DNA of 64,000 nt. Origin: Longimicrobiales bacterium. GTDB taxonomy: Bacteria; Gemmatimonadota; Gemmatimonadetes; Longimicrobiales; Gaopeijiaceae. Under the pieces are notes generated by a model, which was given only the letters and a program-made list of their open reading frames with translations, was not told the origin of the DNA and made no database searches. Shown here one piece after another: positions 33,211 through 42,989 of this stretch. A program made the position numbers and the translations under genes. Location of the stretch: positions 32,001 to 96,000 of the forward strand of contig CBDANQ010000060.1 of NCBI GenBank assembly GCA_965197725.1, given 5' to 3'. How positions within the stretch are numbered: the first letter of the stretch is position 1; every line of letters begins with the position of its first letter.

Positions 33211-33756
33211 ATGATTGAGTACTGGCGGCGGCTGGTGCGCAGGTTTGCGAAGCAGCCTGTTGGTGTCCGCGCCGCCTTGATCACGGCAGCAGCGGCATTG
33301 CCGACCTTGACCGCCGTGAAGTGGTACCGGGGCTATCGAGAAGTGCGAGCTGAGGAGCGGCGAATTGTCGCCCGGAATGATCTTGCAGCAGAGCTACTAC
33401 CTCATCTTCGCAGCCTGCAAGATTTGACCGAGTCTGTCCTTACGTCTCTCCGAACTAGCGGGGGACCTGACGAAACCACGATGGACTCCCTGCAGATCGT
33501 CGCAGAGGGATTGTGGGTTTCAGAGCGAGGGATTCGTACCCGGCTCAGCGAGGCTTACGGTGACTCGGTGGGCGTGCATTACTCAGAGACAATCCAGCGC
33601 GCGGATAGCCTGTTTCATGCGCTGTTGAGGTTAGCCGACCGCGAGCGTACGACCCCAGATGCTCTCAGTGCGCTGCGTGCCGAGATCTTTGGTCGGGCCC
33701 TGGAAGTGGGACGACGATCCATCGCTCTTCTGAACACCTTGATCGCGGCACACTGA
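33211..33756 (+). CDS. Hypothetical protein, putative gene cassette
   Basis: Begins ~40 bp after GTTAGAC (33164) and is followed by an attC-like site; N-terminal TM helix. Confidence 0.55.
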   Translation: MIEYWRRLVRRFAKQPVGVRAALITAAAALPTLTAVKWYRGYREVRAEERRIVARNDLAAELLPHLRSLQDLTESVLTSLRTSGGPDETTMDSLQIVAEGLWVSERGIRTRLSEAYGDSVGVHYSETIQRADSLFHALLRLADRERTTPDALSALRAEIFGRALEVGRRSIALLNTLIAAH

Positions 33757-33810
33757 CGGAAGTCCTCAAGAGTCCATGCTCTCGCTGTGTTTGTGCAGTT
33801 GGTTCCTGCT

Positions 33811-33956
33811 TCCCAACACGTATCAGGCCCCCGGAATCAAGAGCGCGCAGCTGGCCCTACCCGCTGCGGCGTGGCGGGCGAGAGTAGGCGAGAGATTCTC
33901 GCGCTACGCTTGCGGTCACCACTGTTGTTGTGCAGCAGAATCGCGAAACGTTAGGC
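33811..33956 (+). other. attC-like site containing an IS1111 end remnant
   Basis: CCCAAC ... GCAGCAGAATCGCGAAACGTTAGGC; 33815-33849 matches the IS end at 34543-34577 (33/35 bp). Confidence 0.6.
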
Positions 33957-34120
33957 GGCTCCGCGAGCCATGTGCTGCATCGACCGCCATTCCCAGACTT
34001 TGCCGGCCCGAGAGTCGACGACCCTGACTTGCGGTGGTGTTGTCTCTGCCTCTGCCGCCTCGCCTCAAATCGAGCGGTCCCACATCGCGTCGTCAGGTAG
34101 GATAGTCGTTACCTTCCAAC

Positions 34121-34327
34121 ATGGATTTGACAACAGCTGAGCGACCCGTCGTTATCCGTGCCGTGGCGGCCTACCGCGAAGCCAAGGCGAAGCATCACGT
34201 CGGTCAGTTTCGTGGCCTGACGGCGGACGCGATTCTCGAAGAACTGGCTCCATCTCCCGTCCGTTGGACGGAACTGGCTGCGCTCGTGATCGCATCAGCT
34301 GAAGAGTCCAGTCGAAGGAAGCACTAG
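34121..34327 (+). CDS. Small hypothetical protein, putative cassette ORF
   Basis: 68-aa ORF between attC-like sites, same orientation as the other cassette ORF. Confidence 0.35.
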   Translation: MDLTTAERPVVIRAVAAYREAKAKHHVGQFRGLTADAILEELAPSPVRWTELAALVIASAEESSRRKH

Positions 34328-34659
34328 TGTCCTGTGCGCGTCCTTACTCGGTGATCTCCGGGCCCAACTCGCCGAACCGTAGTAGGCCGAGGGAGGCTCT
34401 CTCGGCACTCGCACGCGGGATAGCCTAATGAGCCAGGTCGGCGGCGGTGCCCTCCGACGCATCGGTATCGGCGTCACGACAGCCTCTTAGGGCGCTCAGG
34501 ACTCCCGGCCTGCGTCGTGTTCTCCGTGGACCTGAGCTATCTAACACTTATCAGGCCCCCGGAGTCAAGAGCGCGCATGTCCCCCGGCGCGTCGCGGAGC
34601 GGCGCGTAATGAAGTGAGCGTCGGTCGTCGAGTCCTCTGACTTGGTTTCCGTCAACAGG

Positions 34660-35005
34660 TGCGAGCACTTCCGAGCTCTGCACCAAACACTTATCGAGGT
34701 TCAACCGCCGGGTGCCCTTCGAGGCGAGCTCGAAGGAGCGGCGGAGCAGGAGCCTGCTGTGGGCTCCTACGACCTAGAGAAATTCATCTGTGCCCTCGTG
34801 CCGTCCGACTCCATTCAAGGTGAGCAGGCTCGGGCCGAGAGGCGCCGGACCAGTTAGCTCCGGGCTCGGGTGAGGGGCAGAGTCCTGAGTTAGACCGACT
34901 TCGATGTGTGGGGAGCGGGAGGAGGCGTCCAATCAAGCGAGGCGGCTGTCAGGCATCCGGTGCCCGCTCGAGTTAGAAATCGGGGCTCGCGACCTCCCCT
35001 CCCCG
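34660..35005 (-). ncRNA. Putative bridge/seek RNA of the IS1111 element
   Basis: Non-coding region with segments matching both the target (CTAAC, revcomp of CAAGCG/CAAGG) and the donor junction (ATGAATTTC, GATAAGTG); boundaries approximate. Confidence 0.65.
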
Positions 35006-36052
35006 TCAGGTGCGTGTATAGAAGCGTTCGGTGTCGAATGCCTCCCCGTTCTTGAGCATGAAGTAGGTGGCGCGACCGATGCGAGCCGCGAGGATGCTGA
35101 GCGCCTTGCCCTTGCCGTGGCGGCGCGCGAGCCTCTTGAGATGGCCCTGGCCGCGGACGTTGTCGCGTAGGAAGAGGACGGCAGCCTCGCTGAACGCCCA
35201 CTTGAGGTGTGCGTTACCGATCTTGGCTCCTCCGCTGCCGACCCGCTTGCCTGCACTGCGGTGCTCGGGCTTGGCGAGTCGACAGTAGGAGCTGAAGCGC
35301 TGCACTGTGCTGAAGCGAGCGATGTCGTGGATCTCATAGAGCAGCGTGAGCGCCAGGATCCGACCGATGCCGGGGATGGTTCGGAGCCGCTCCAGCGTGT
35401 CGGAGTCGTGGACACGGGCTTCTTCTTCGACCGTACGCTCGAGTTCTCGGATCACGGGGTCGTAGCGATCGGCCAGGGCGAGGTCCGCCTCAATGGTCCT
35501 CTGGATCATGGGATCGTCGAACGCCTGGGCCAGTCCCTCTCGGTTCTTCTTGTAGAGGAGCTGACCCGGGGGCCGAGGCAGGTTGTACTGATGAAAGGTG
35601 TTGCGGACGTGGGCGAGGAGCTCGCCGCGCTTGCGCACGAAGTAGAGTCGGCGCCGGAGCACATCGCGCGTGGCTCGCATCTGGGGAGGATAGACGTAGG
35701 CCACCGGGAACGCACCACCACGCAGCAAGACCGCCGTCTTGTGCGAGTCGATGTGGTCGTTCTTGGCCTTGGCCCCGTGGATCGCCTTCATGTAGAGCGC
35801 ATGGCCGAGCACGAAGTGGATCTGCTCACGAGCACATAGATCGGCGAGCCAGTACCAGCAGAAGATGCACTCGCTGCCCACCACGAGGTCCAAACGGTAG
35901 GGCTCGAGGGCGCGAAGCAGTGCCTCGCGCTCACAGCGTAGCCTCTTGTGCAGTCGTATCTTGCCCTGGCCGTCCAGAACGCAGAGGTAGAGCGTGCGAG
36001 CGTGAAGGTCGATGCCACAGTAGTATCGATGCTGGCCGGTGTAGAAGCGCAT
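35006..36052 (-). CDS. IS110 DEDD recombinase/transposase
   Basis: CGIDLH, GSEC, KNDHID, TIPGIG, FSSYCRL, HRSAG (catalytic Ser); AGGAGG RBS; intact. Confidence 0.93.
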   Translation of the reverse strand: MRFYTGQHRYYCGIDLHARTLYLCVLDGQGKIRLHKRLRCEREALLRALEPYRLDLVVGSECIFCWYWLADLCAREQIHFVLGHALYMKAIHGAKAKNDHIDSHKTAVLLRGGAFPVAYVYPPQMRATRDVLRRRLYFVRKRGELLAHVRNTFHQYNLPRPPGQLLYKKNREGLAQAFDDPMIQRTIEADLALADRYDPVIRELERTVEEEARVHDSDTLERLRTIPGIGRILALTLLYEIHDIARFSTVQRFSSYCRLAKPEHRSAGKRVGSGGAKIGNAHLKWAFSEAAVLFLRDNVRGQGHLKRLARRHGKGKALSILAARIGRATYFMLKNGEAFDTERFYTRT

Positions 36053-36145
36053 GGTTCCCCTCCTGGGTTGGATGGATCGAGCGTCGCGCTCTGATCATTC
36101 CGTCCTCTCTGTGAGAGGTCCAGGAGGGGGCCTGCATGAGTATCA

Positions 36146-36329
36146 AGCCTGGGGACCAGTCCTGCGGGCAGGGAGATGTCGGAAGAAAATGACCTAGGTC
36201 GGCGGCACTTTCTCAGAGGCGCCAAGTAGCAGCGGGTCTTGCTGAAATGACCTTGAGGCCGCGACCCTCGCCTTGCGAGTAGCGCCTTAGGCACGCAATC
36301 TCCCGCAGCAGAATCGCGAGACGTTATCT
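36146..36329 (+). other. Remainder of the interrupted, degenerate attC-like site
   Basis: Ends GCAGCAGAATCGCGAGACGTTATCT, 21/22 identical to 33932-33953. Confidence 0.5.
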
Positions 36330-36867
36330 GGAGTCGATTGCCATGACAGAGACCTCCCAGGAGGGCCTCGTCAGGTGATCCTCCCGCTCGTGTCTCCCTG
36401 TTGACCTCACCGTGAGCCCCCAGATCCTCTGGCTTCGCGTCTTCGTGGAAGGCGTGGTGATCGTCGGCCTTTCCGTCGGCATCATCGGAGAGTTGCTCTG
36501 TCATCCCTCAGGATGAGCGAGAACGCAGGTTAGGAGCGGGCACACCCGTGGATGCGACCCGAAGAGCGGGCCATTCTTTCAGCCCCTAACGCGTTACATA
36601 GCTCCGCGTAGGGTTGGGGCGCGTCGAGCGTGAACTCGGTGAGGGCGGCATGGCGACCCGGTGGCGGGCTGCCCGGACCCGACAGCAATCGCCTGCAGGA
36701 CGGGTCACCAATGGGCACGTGCTTCGGGTGTTTGCGAGGTCTTGCACCTGTCACAACCTTGGACCGGTCGAAACTCCCGACATGCGCAGAACGTGGGCTG
36801 ACGCGTATCATACCCAATCCCGACGCGCGCAGGTTGCTTGTGACGCGACCCGGAAGAGGATTACAGC

Positions 36868-37688
36868 ATGGCATCTTCGGTAGCGATCGTCACGGGCGCC
36901 GCCAGCGGCATCGGAAGACATTGGGCAGACGCGCTTCGGCGTAAGGGCTTCATGCTCGCTCTTGCGGATATCAACGGGGATGGGCTGCACACCGCGTTCG
37001 CGCAGGACGATCATGTCCGGCTACACAGGCTCGACGTGCGATCCGTGGAAGGCTGGCGGCGCATGGCCGAGGACACGGTCACTCGCTGCGGCGCTATCGA
37101 CTACCTCTTCAATATCGCAGGCGGCGGCAGTCCCGGGTTTCTGCTGGACGTTCCCATGGAACTGGTTGATACGACGATCGACGTGAACCTGAAGGGCCAG
37201 ATCTACGGGGTGAAGGTCGTGGGCGACATCATGGTGAAGCAGAGCTCAGGACACATCGTCAACATGTCGTCCTTGGCAGGGATCTCGCCCACTCCCGGCA
37301 ATGAACTCTACTCGGCCGCGAAGTGTGGACTCCGCTCCGTCTCCATCTCCACCGCGGTCCGCCTCCGAACCAAGGGCGTCTTCATGACCGTCATCTGCCC
37401 GGATCTAGTGAATACGCCCACGCTTGAGCGGCATCTGGATGCGGACCCCCTCGACGTGGCCCTCATCCACTCTGGTCCTGGGGCGCTCTCGGTCCAGCAG
37501 TGGAAGCCGCGCTTTGGCAGGCGGTCCGCATGCGTGCCCTCGAGATAGCGGTCCCACGCTCGCGTGGCTGGCTGGTGAAACTCAACAATCTGTTTCCACC
37601 CATCATGCTTCGACTCTACCGCCCCTTGGTGAAGAAGGGACTCAAACGACTTGAGCAGCTCAAACGGGAGCGGACGAAGCGGAGCTGA
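36868..37688 (+). pseudogene. Short-chain dehydrogenase/reductase, frameshift at ~37500
   Basis: TGAASGIG, NIAG, YSAAK; adding one G (CAG GTG GAA) joins it to the 37500-37688 frame. Confidence 0.82.
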
Positions 37689-37792
37689 GCATGGTGTCCA
37701 CCGGGATCACGCTGCCGTCACTGGAGCGAATCGAACTCAGACAGTGCCCGCGCCAAACGCTCAAGGTCGGTTTGGCGCACGACCGGGTAGAC

Positions 37793-38459
37793 GAAGCTGT
37801 CCCAACCGTAGTTGAAGGTCCCTGATAGGGGAGAAAGAAAAGTGGTGGCTCCGGGGGTCCCGGGCCGATAGGCTCGGGTAGGCAAAAACCCCAACACGGA
37901 GCCACCACGATGAAGAGAACGTACGAGGTAAGGGATCGGGCGGACAAGCGCGCGATCAGGGAGTTCCTGAAGCGGGAGGGGCAGTTTCTGCTTCCGATGC
38001 TTGAGCTCGTGGAGCAGACGGAGGTCGCGATCGACGAAGTCATCCAGGTGATGGGACGAGCGACGATCGAAGCGGTGCTGGAGATGAGCGCCGAGGGTGT
38101 GGCAGGCGTGAAGCAGGCAGGTCGGTCACGAGCGGAAGACGACACGGTGTGGTATGGCCGGCAGGGTGGTGTGGTTTACCTGTTGGACCGGAAGGTGCGT
38201 GTGGAGCGGCCACGGCTCAGGCGCCGGGGCGCCGGGGAGGGTGGCGAGGTCGAGGTGCCGGCGTACGCAGCGATGCGGAGACCGGGCGCCGTGGCGGATC
38301 GGATGCTCGAGGTCCTGATGGCGGGGGTGAGCACGCGGAAGTACGGCCGTGTGATCGGTGAGATGGCCGACACGGTCGGGGTGAGCAAGTCGGCGGTGAG
38401 CCGTGAGACGGTCGAGGCCTCGGAGCGCGTGCTGAAGGAGCTGATGGAGGGACACCATC
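37793..38459 (+). mobile_element. Internally deleted copy of the IS256 element
   Basis: Near-identical to 31174-31830, then jumps straight to the right-end GGACACCATC. Confidence 0.88.
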
Positions 38460-38460
38460 C

Positions 38461-38874
38461 TGGATACGGACCTTTCGGTCCGACAGGTAGACCTGACCGC
38501 CCTGGCGGCCGTACCAGACCGTCGCCCCCTCCTCGCGTGCCTTGCCCGATTGCTTCGGGCCCGCCACACCTTCGGCGCTCATCTCGAGTACCGCCTCGAT
38601 CGTCGCTCGGCCCATCATCTGGACGACTTCGTCGATCGCGAGCTCCGTGTGCTCTACGAGCTCGACCATCGGCAGCAGGAACTGGCCTTCTCGCTTCACG
38701 AACTCAGCCATCGCACGCCTGTCCGTGTCCCTCGCTACTTCGTACGTTCTCTTCATCGTGGTGGCTCCGTTTTTGGGTTTTTAGCGCACCCGATCCTATC
38801 GGATCGGGCACCCTCGGAGCCACCACTTTTCTTTTCCCTCTTCAGGGACCTTCAACTACGGCTGGGTCAGCTTC
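38461..38874 (-). mobile_element. 5' fragment of a second, diverged IS256 isoform
   Basis: End GAAGCTGACCCAGCCGTAGTTGAAGGT; MKRTYEVARDTDRRAMAEFVKREGQFLLP. Confidence 0.85.
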
Positions 38875-39184
38875 TTTCGTGGGGTCTCTCAGTCAGTGCG
38901 GCCGTGAGCCTGCAGGGAAAGGGTCAGACGATCGTGAGTGGGCGGACCCCGGACGTCATCATCCAGTCGTTGGAAGGGCCTCCGTCGGAATACACATGCC
39001 TACGGATCCCCTGATCTTGAGGGCATACGACAGATCGAAGATGATCCGACAATTCGCCTTGTCCTTGGGCACCTCCTTACCGAGGTGATTGACGAGGACG
39101 TCCTGGCGTAGGGCGACAGGTATCGACGTGTTCACGGTCGCGAGCTCTATACAAGAGCATCGTGACAAGAGCATCGTGCGGAAC

Positions 39185-39621
39185 ACTTCTGTGACGTCCC
39201 GTCCTTTGCGAGGTCCACGCTCCAGGCACGCACCTCGCTTGGCTCGATGGTACGCGGGTCACGGTCTCGACCAAAGAACTTCAAGGCAGTGCCAAGCCGG
39301 GTCTCGAGTTCTCTCATGTGCTGGTCCGAGGTCCTACCAGCTCGGGCCCTCATGATGAGATGATGGCTTACCAACTCGACGAGCGTCGTGCTCTCTTGCG
39401 GCGAGAGGCCAGCCTGACCCTCGCGCTTGGCACGCAGCGCTGCCAGCCGAGCCTCGAAGAGCATGAGCGCGATCTCCGGGTCCTTAGTGCCCCATGTTGC
39501 CCCGCGTTGTGAGTGCCTCCTTCTTACCGCCGACGTCTGCATAGGTCCGGAGGTCGGCGTAGGCCCTGCCGTTTCTCCAGAAGATGTGCGGTCCGTCGCT
39601 CTTCGGTTTCTTTTGCGCCAC
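39185..39621 (-). pseudogene. N-terminal remnant of a putative tyrosine integrase
   Basis: GTG start MAQKKPKSDGPHIFWRNGRAYADLRTYADVGGKKEAL, frameshift, then a core-binding-like helical region; divergent from tRNA-Arg; no catalytic part visible. Confidence 0.55.
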
Positions 39622-39866
39622 GATGTGCCCCTGCAGCGTTGACCGTCCGGGAGGCCGAACAGTAGTTTTGGTCCCGGCTGGCCCGCGGGCTGGTCAGGGC
39701 AGGGCGGCCTTCCGAATCGTTTCCGAGCGTGACGGGGTCGCCCTGCTGTCGTCCGTTACGATGGCTGTGACGATAGTGCTTCGCAACAGTTTTGGTGCAG
39801 TTCTTGGCTCAGTTTGGGTGTTTACGGTTTTAGTCAAATCGCTAAAGGATTGTAACATAATAACTT

Positions 39867-39940
<74 letters not shown>

Positions 39941-39946
39941 TTTTGT

Positions 39947-39992
39947 AAGACGATATCCCACAGGGCTTTACGGCTTTGTGGGATATCGTCTT
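39947..39992 (+). terminator. Hairpin terminator after tRNA-Arg
   Basis: 16-bp perfect stem AAGACGATATCCCACA / TGTGGGATATCGTCTT. Confidence 0.75.
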
Positions 39993-40053
39993 GCAGTCCG
40001 CGAGTCAGTCTGCGTGCACGATGCGTGCGCTGGCGAGAGTGATCCGGAGTGAT

Positions 40054-42704
40054 TTAGGGTGACGGTCTAGGAGGCGCCAGTCCCGAGGGCCTCCCGTTCT
40101 CAAACGGGATGCGCACGAGCGAGTACCCGACGAGATACGGGCGGTTGACAGACCCGCGCAGCGCAACGAACGCGCTGTTCCGGTACGCTTCGGGAAACAG
40201 CTCGCCGGTGTAGAAGGCCAATCCCATCGGGACGGCGTGGGCGGGGAGGAGCACATCAGGAACGATCGTCCTCTCGACAAGATCCGGTCGCGCTCCGTTG
40301 AGGAGTGGCTCGGGGTTAGCAGTCCGTGGAAGAAATAGGTTCCCAGCGGATGATGGGTGGGAGAGAAGGCAGACACGCGGGGGCTGTGTTGTTGTGCAAG
40401 AAGCGGGTTTTGGGGTCTGACGAGGCGATATTCGGCCCAAGGAAGGCGAAATAGCGCCGAATACGGCGGAAAAAGCGCGAGACGCGGGTTGTAACCTGAG
40501 TTGCGAGCGCAGCTTGTACGGTAGCGAGGCCCTGTAACGCACGGGGGGTTCCAACCCCGAACCGCTTGCGCATGAGAAGGCCGAGGTTGAAGGCCGCCGC
40601 GTGGATCAACATCCGTTTTCGAATCTCCTCCTGGCCCCGTATGTGGACGCGACGCAGCCCTCCGGTCACAAGCAAGTGCGCAAACCCCCGCTCCACCTTC
40701 TCGCCGCGCTGGCGCAGCAGCCGCATCCCCCGGTTGCCGCGGATCCGGCGGCGGTTGTCGTAGGTCGGCTTCTGCGCGTCCCGGTTGTTCTTCCATTTCC
40801 GGCGCCCGCGGTTGGGCTCGCTCACATAGCTGCGCAGCTCCCGCTCCTTCACGCCCGTCATGGTCTTGTTCGAGTGGTAGCCTTTGTCGGCCACCACTTC
40901 CTCGGGCTCTACCTGCACTACTTCCAGCTGCCGCTCTGCCTCGTCCAGCGTGTTGGGCAGCGACGCCACATCTCCCCCGTCCATCGTCTGCACCGTCACC
41001 GCCACAAGCGCACCGGTCTCCATGTCGACCGCCTGCTCCAACTTGTGCGCCAGGCGCGTCCTGCCGTCCTTCATCTTCGTGATCCGCGCCTCCGGGTCGT
41101 GCGGATGCACCCAGTCCTTGTTCGAGCCCTTCTTCGGACGCTTCCGGTCCAGCGTCGTCAGATCCTTGCGCGTCGGCGTCTCGATCCCCGACGCCCGGGC
41201 CACCTGCTCCAGCCATTCATCGTAGCCCAACCCGTCGTCGCGCCGCACGATCGTGCGCATCGCCGCATTCGCCTCCAGCGTCGTCGAGTCGACGCCCAGC
41301 GTCTTGCCGCTCAGCAACCCCGACCCCTTCAGCAGCTCCAGCACCCGCCCGAACACCGCCGCGTGCGCTTCCACGCTCAGGCGCTTGCGCGTCTTCGACA
41401 GGGTCGAATGCTCCGGCGGGTTCTTCGCCCACCCGTATCCCAGAAACTCACGCAACGACAACGAGTCCCCACACCGCCAGGCAATGCCCCGCTCCGAGCC
41501 GATCCCTTCGAGGTAGCCCACCATCATCATTCGGAAATACACCCCGGGAGCAATCCCCGGCCGACCCCGATTGTCCGCGTAGAACTCACGGCATGCCTCT
41601 TCCGCGAACTCGTCAAACCCGCTTTTCGCCAGAAGCTCGTTCAAGGCCCAGTAGAACGGGTTGTCCAAGGCCCGAATCTCGCTCGCCACCACGAACATCT
41701 CGCCCTGCCGAGCCTCGGGCCGCTTGCCTACCGCCATCGCCGTCCTCGCTGCAAAAACCCTCGTGTCCTCCTGATTTAACACAACAGCGATGACCGGACT
41801 TTATCCACGGTCTGTTAGGACCGATATAGGCATACGGCCAGCCGTAGAAGCCGCCGTCCACCACCGATGTCACGTAGTCGGGAGCAAGCTCATCCCCCAA
41901 GTGGTCTCGCTCGTGCACCGCGGTCCACAGAGTGCTCGATTCCGGGTAGAACGCGAGGGGCACCGGGTTTCGTAGGCCCCCGGCGAGTACCCGATGTCCT
42001 GAGCCATCCGCGTCGTATTCGTTGATCGCGGCCCTCCGGGGATCGGTCCCGGGCTTGGCATTCGTCGCGGAGCCCACCGCGACATACATCTTTCCCCCGT
42101 CCGGTGCGAAGATCAGGTTCCGCGTCCAGTGGCGGAAACCACCCGTTGGGTCATCGGACTCCTCGATCATCTCCACCCGGCTGACGTCGATGCCGAGGCG
42201 CTCCGCCCGCGTCCGGCTGACGTCGATGCCGAGGCGCTCCGCCGTGTCGTGATCGAGCGCGTCACTGCCGACCGGGAGGTCCACGACGTGCTCTGGTACT
42301 CCTTGTGCCCGAAGCTGTCCCGGGGCGTATGGGAAGCGCACGACGGCATCGTTGTTCCCGACGTACAGGAACCCATCGAGGAACGCCATGCCGAACGGTC
42401 TGTCCAGCGCCGTGGCGAACGTCTCGCGGCGTTCTGCAACGCCGTCGCCGTCCCCGTCTCGGAGGAGCAGTATCTCACCGGAGCGGCTCTCGGCGACGAA
42501 GATGTCTCCGTTCGGAGCGAGGGCCATTCGGCGCGGGTTTGAGAGCCCGTCGGCGAATACGCTCACTTCGAATCCCGTCGGAACGGACAGCCTAGCGTCG
42601 GCTGGCCGCTCCACGATCGTTGGACGGGCCCGGTTCCACTCGGTTTCGAAGGGCTCGGGAAGCTGCTGGACCGACAGGACCAGCAGCACAGCGATGACAG
42701 ACAT
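40054..42704 (-). pseudogene. PQQ-dependent sorbosone dehydrogenase-like gene, IS-interrupted and 3'-truncated
   Basis: HWTRNL, GLRNPV, ERDHLGD, GFYGWPYAYIGPN|PEPLL...AFVALRGSVNR; split by the IS at CCTAAC. Confidence 0.85.
40320..41814 (-). mobile_element. IS1182/IS5-like element; transposase ~41737-40316
   Basis: IRs CAGTCCGTGGAAGAA / TTTATCCACGGTCTG, 4-bp TSD TTAG; GRPGI, SERGIAW, VDSTTLEANA, VADKGY, VERGFAH. Confidence 0.88.
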
Positions 42705-42989
42705 ACGGGGCGACTCCTTCGAGCTCGGGTGTCATGCGATCATACGAGCGAGGGCGCGGATGGGCCAGGTGGTCAGGCCGCCGAGGGCGTGTCCCGCGTC
42801 GGTACGACGACCCGCGGGCGGCCGTCGCCGGAGGGTTCCAATTGAGCACCGTCACGGCGGTCGCGCACCGCACGGGTGGGCTTCGTGAGCGTGATCATGG
42901 CCGTCGGCGCTCTTCGCGCTGGGGCTGCCGTTGGTGTTGCTGTAGGGGATCTGCTCGCGCTCTGCTGACCTGCGCCGCATCTTGAGCGC

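Larger units (their letters stand above)
34547..36145 (-). mobile_element. IS110-family (IS1111-type) element inserted in an attC R'' box
   Basis: Junctions CTAA-CA-CTTATC and GAGTAT-CA-AGCC share core CA; sub-terminal IR CAGGCCCCC (34552) / GGGGGCCTG (36126); long non-coding end downstream of the recombinase. Confidence 0.85.

Noticed and set aside
33776..34027. 83-aa ORF
   Set aside because: Runs through the attC-like site and IS end remnant; likely spurious.
34642..34857. 71-aa ORF in the IS1111 tail
   Set aside because: Antisense to the element, no RBS or motifs; the region is better explained as structured RNA.
40316..41818. IS1182-like insertion at CCTAAC as attC targeting
   Set aside because: The site is inside a coding sequence and is explained by a CTAA/TTAG tetranucleotide preference.
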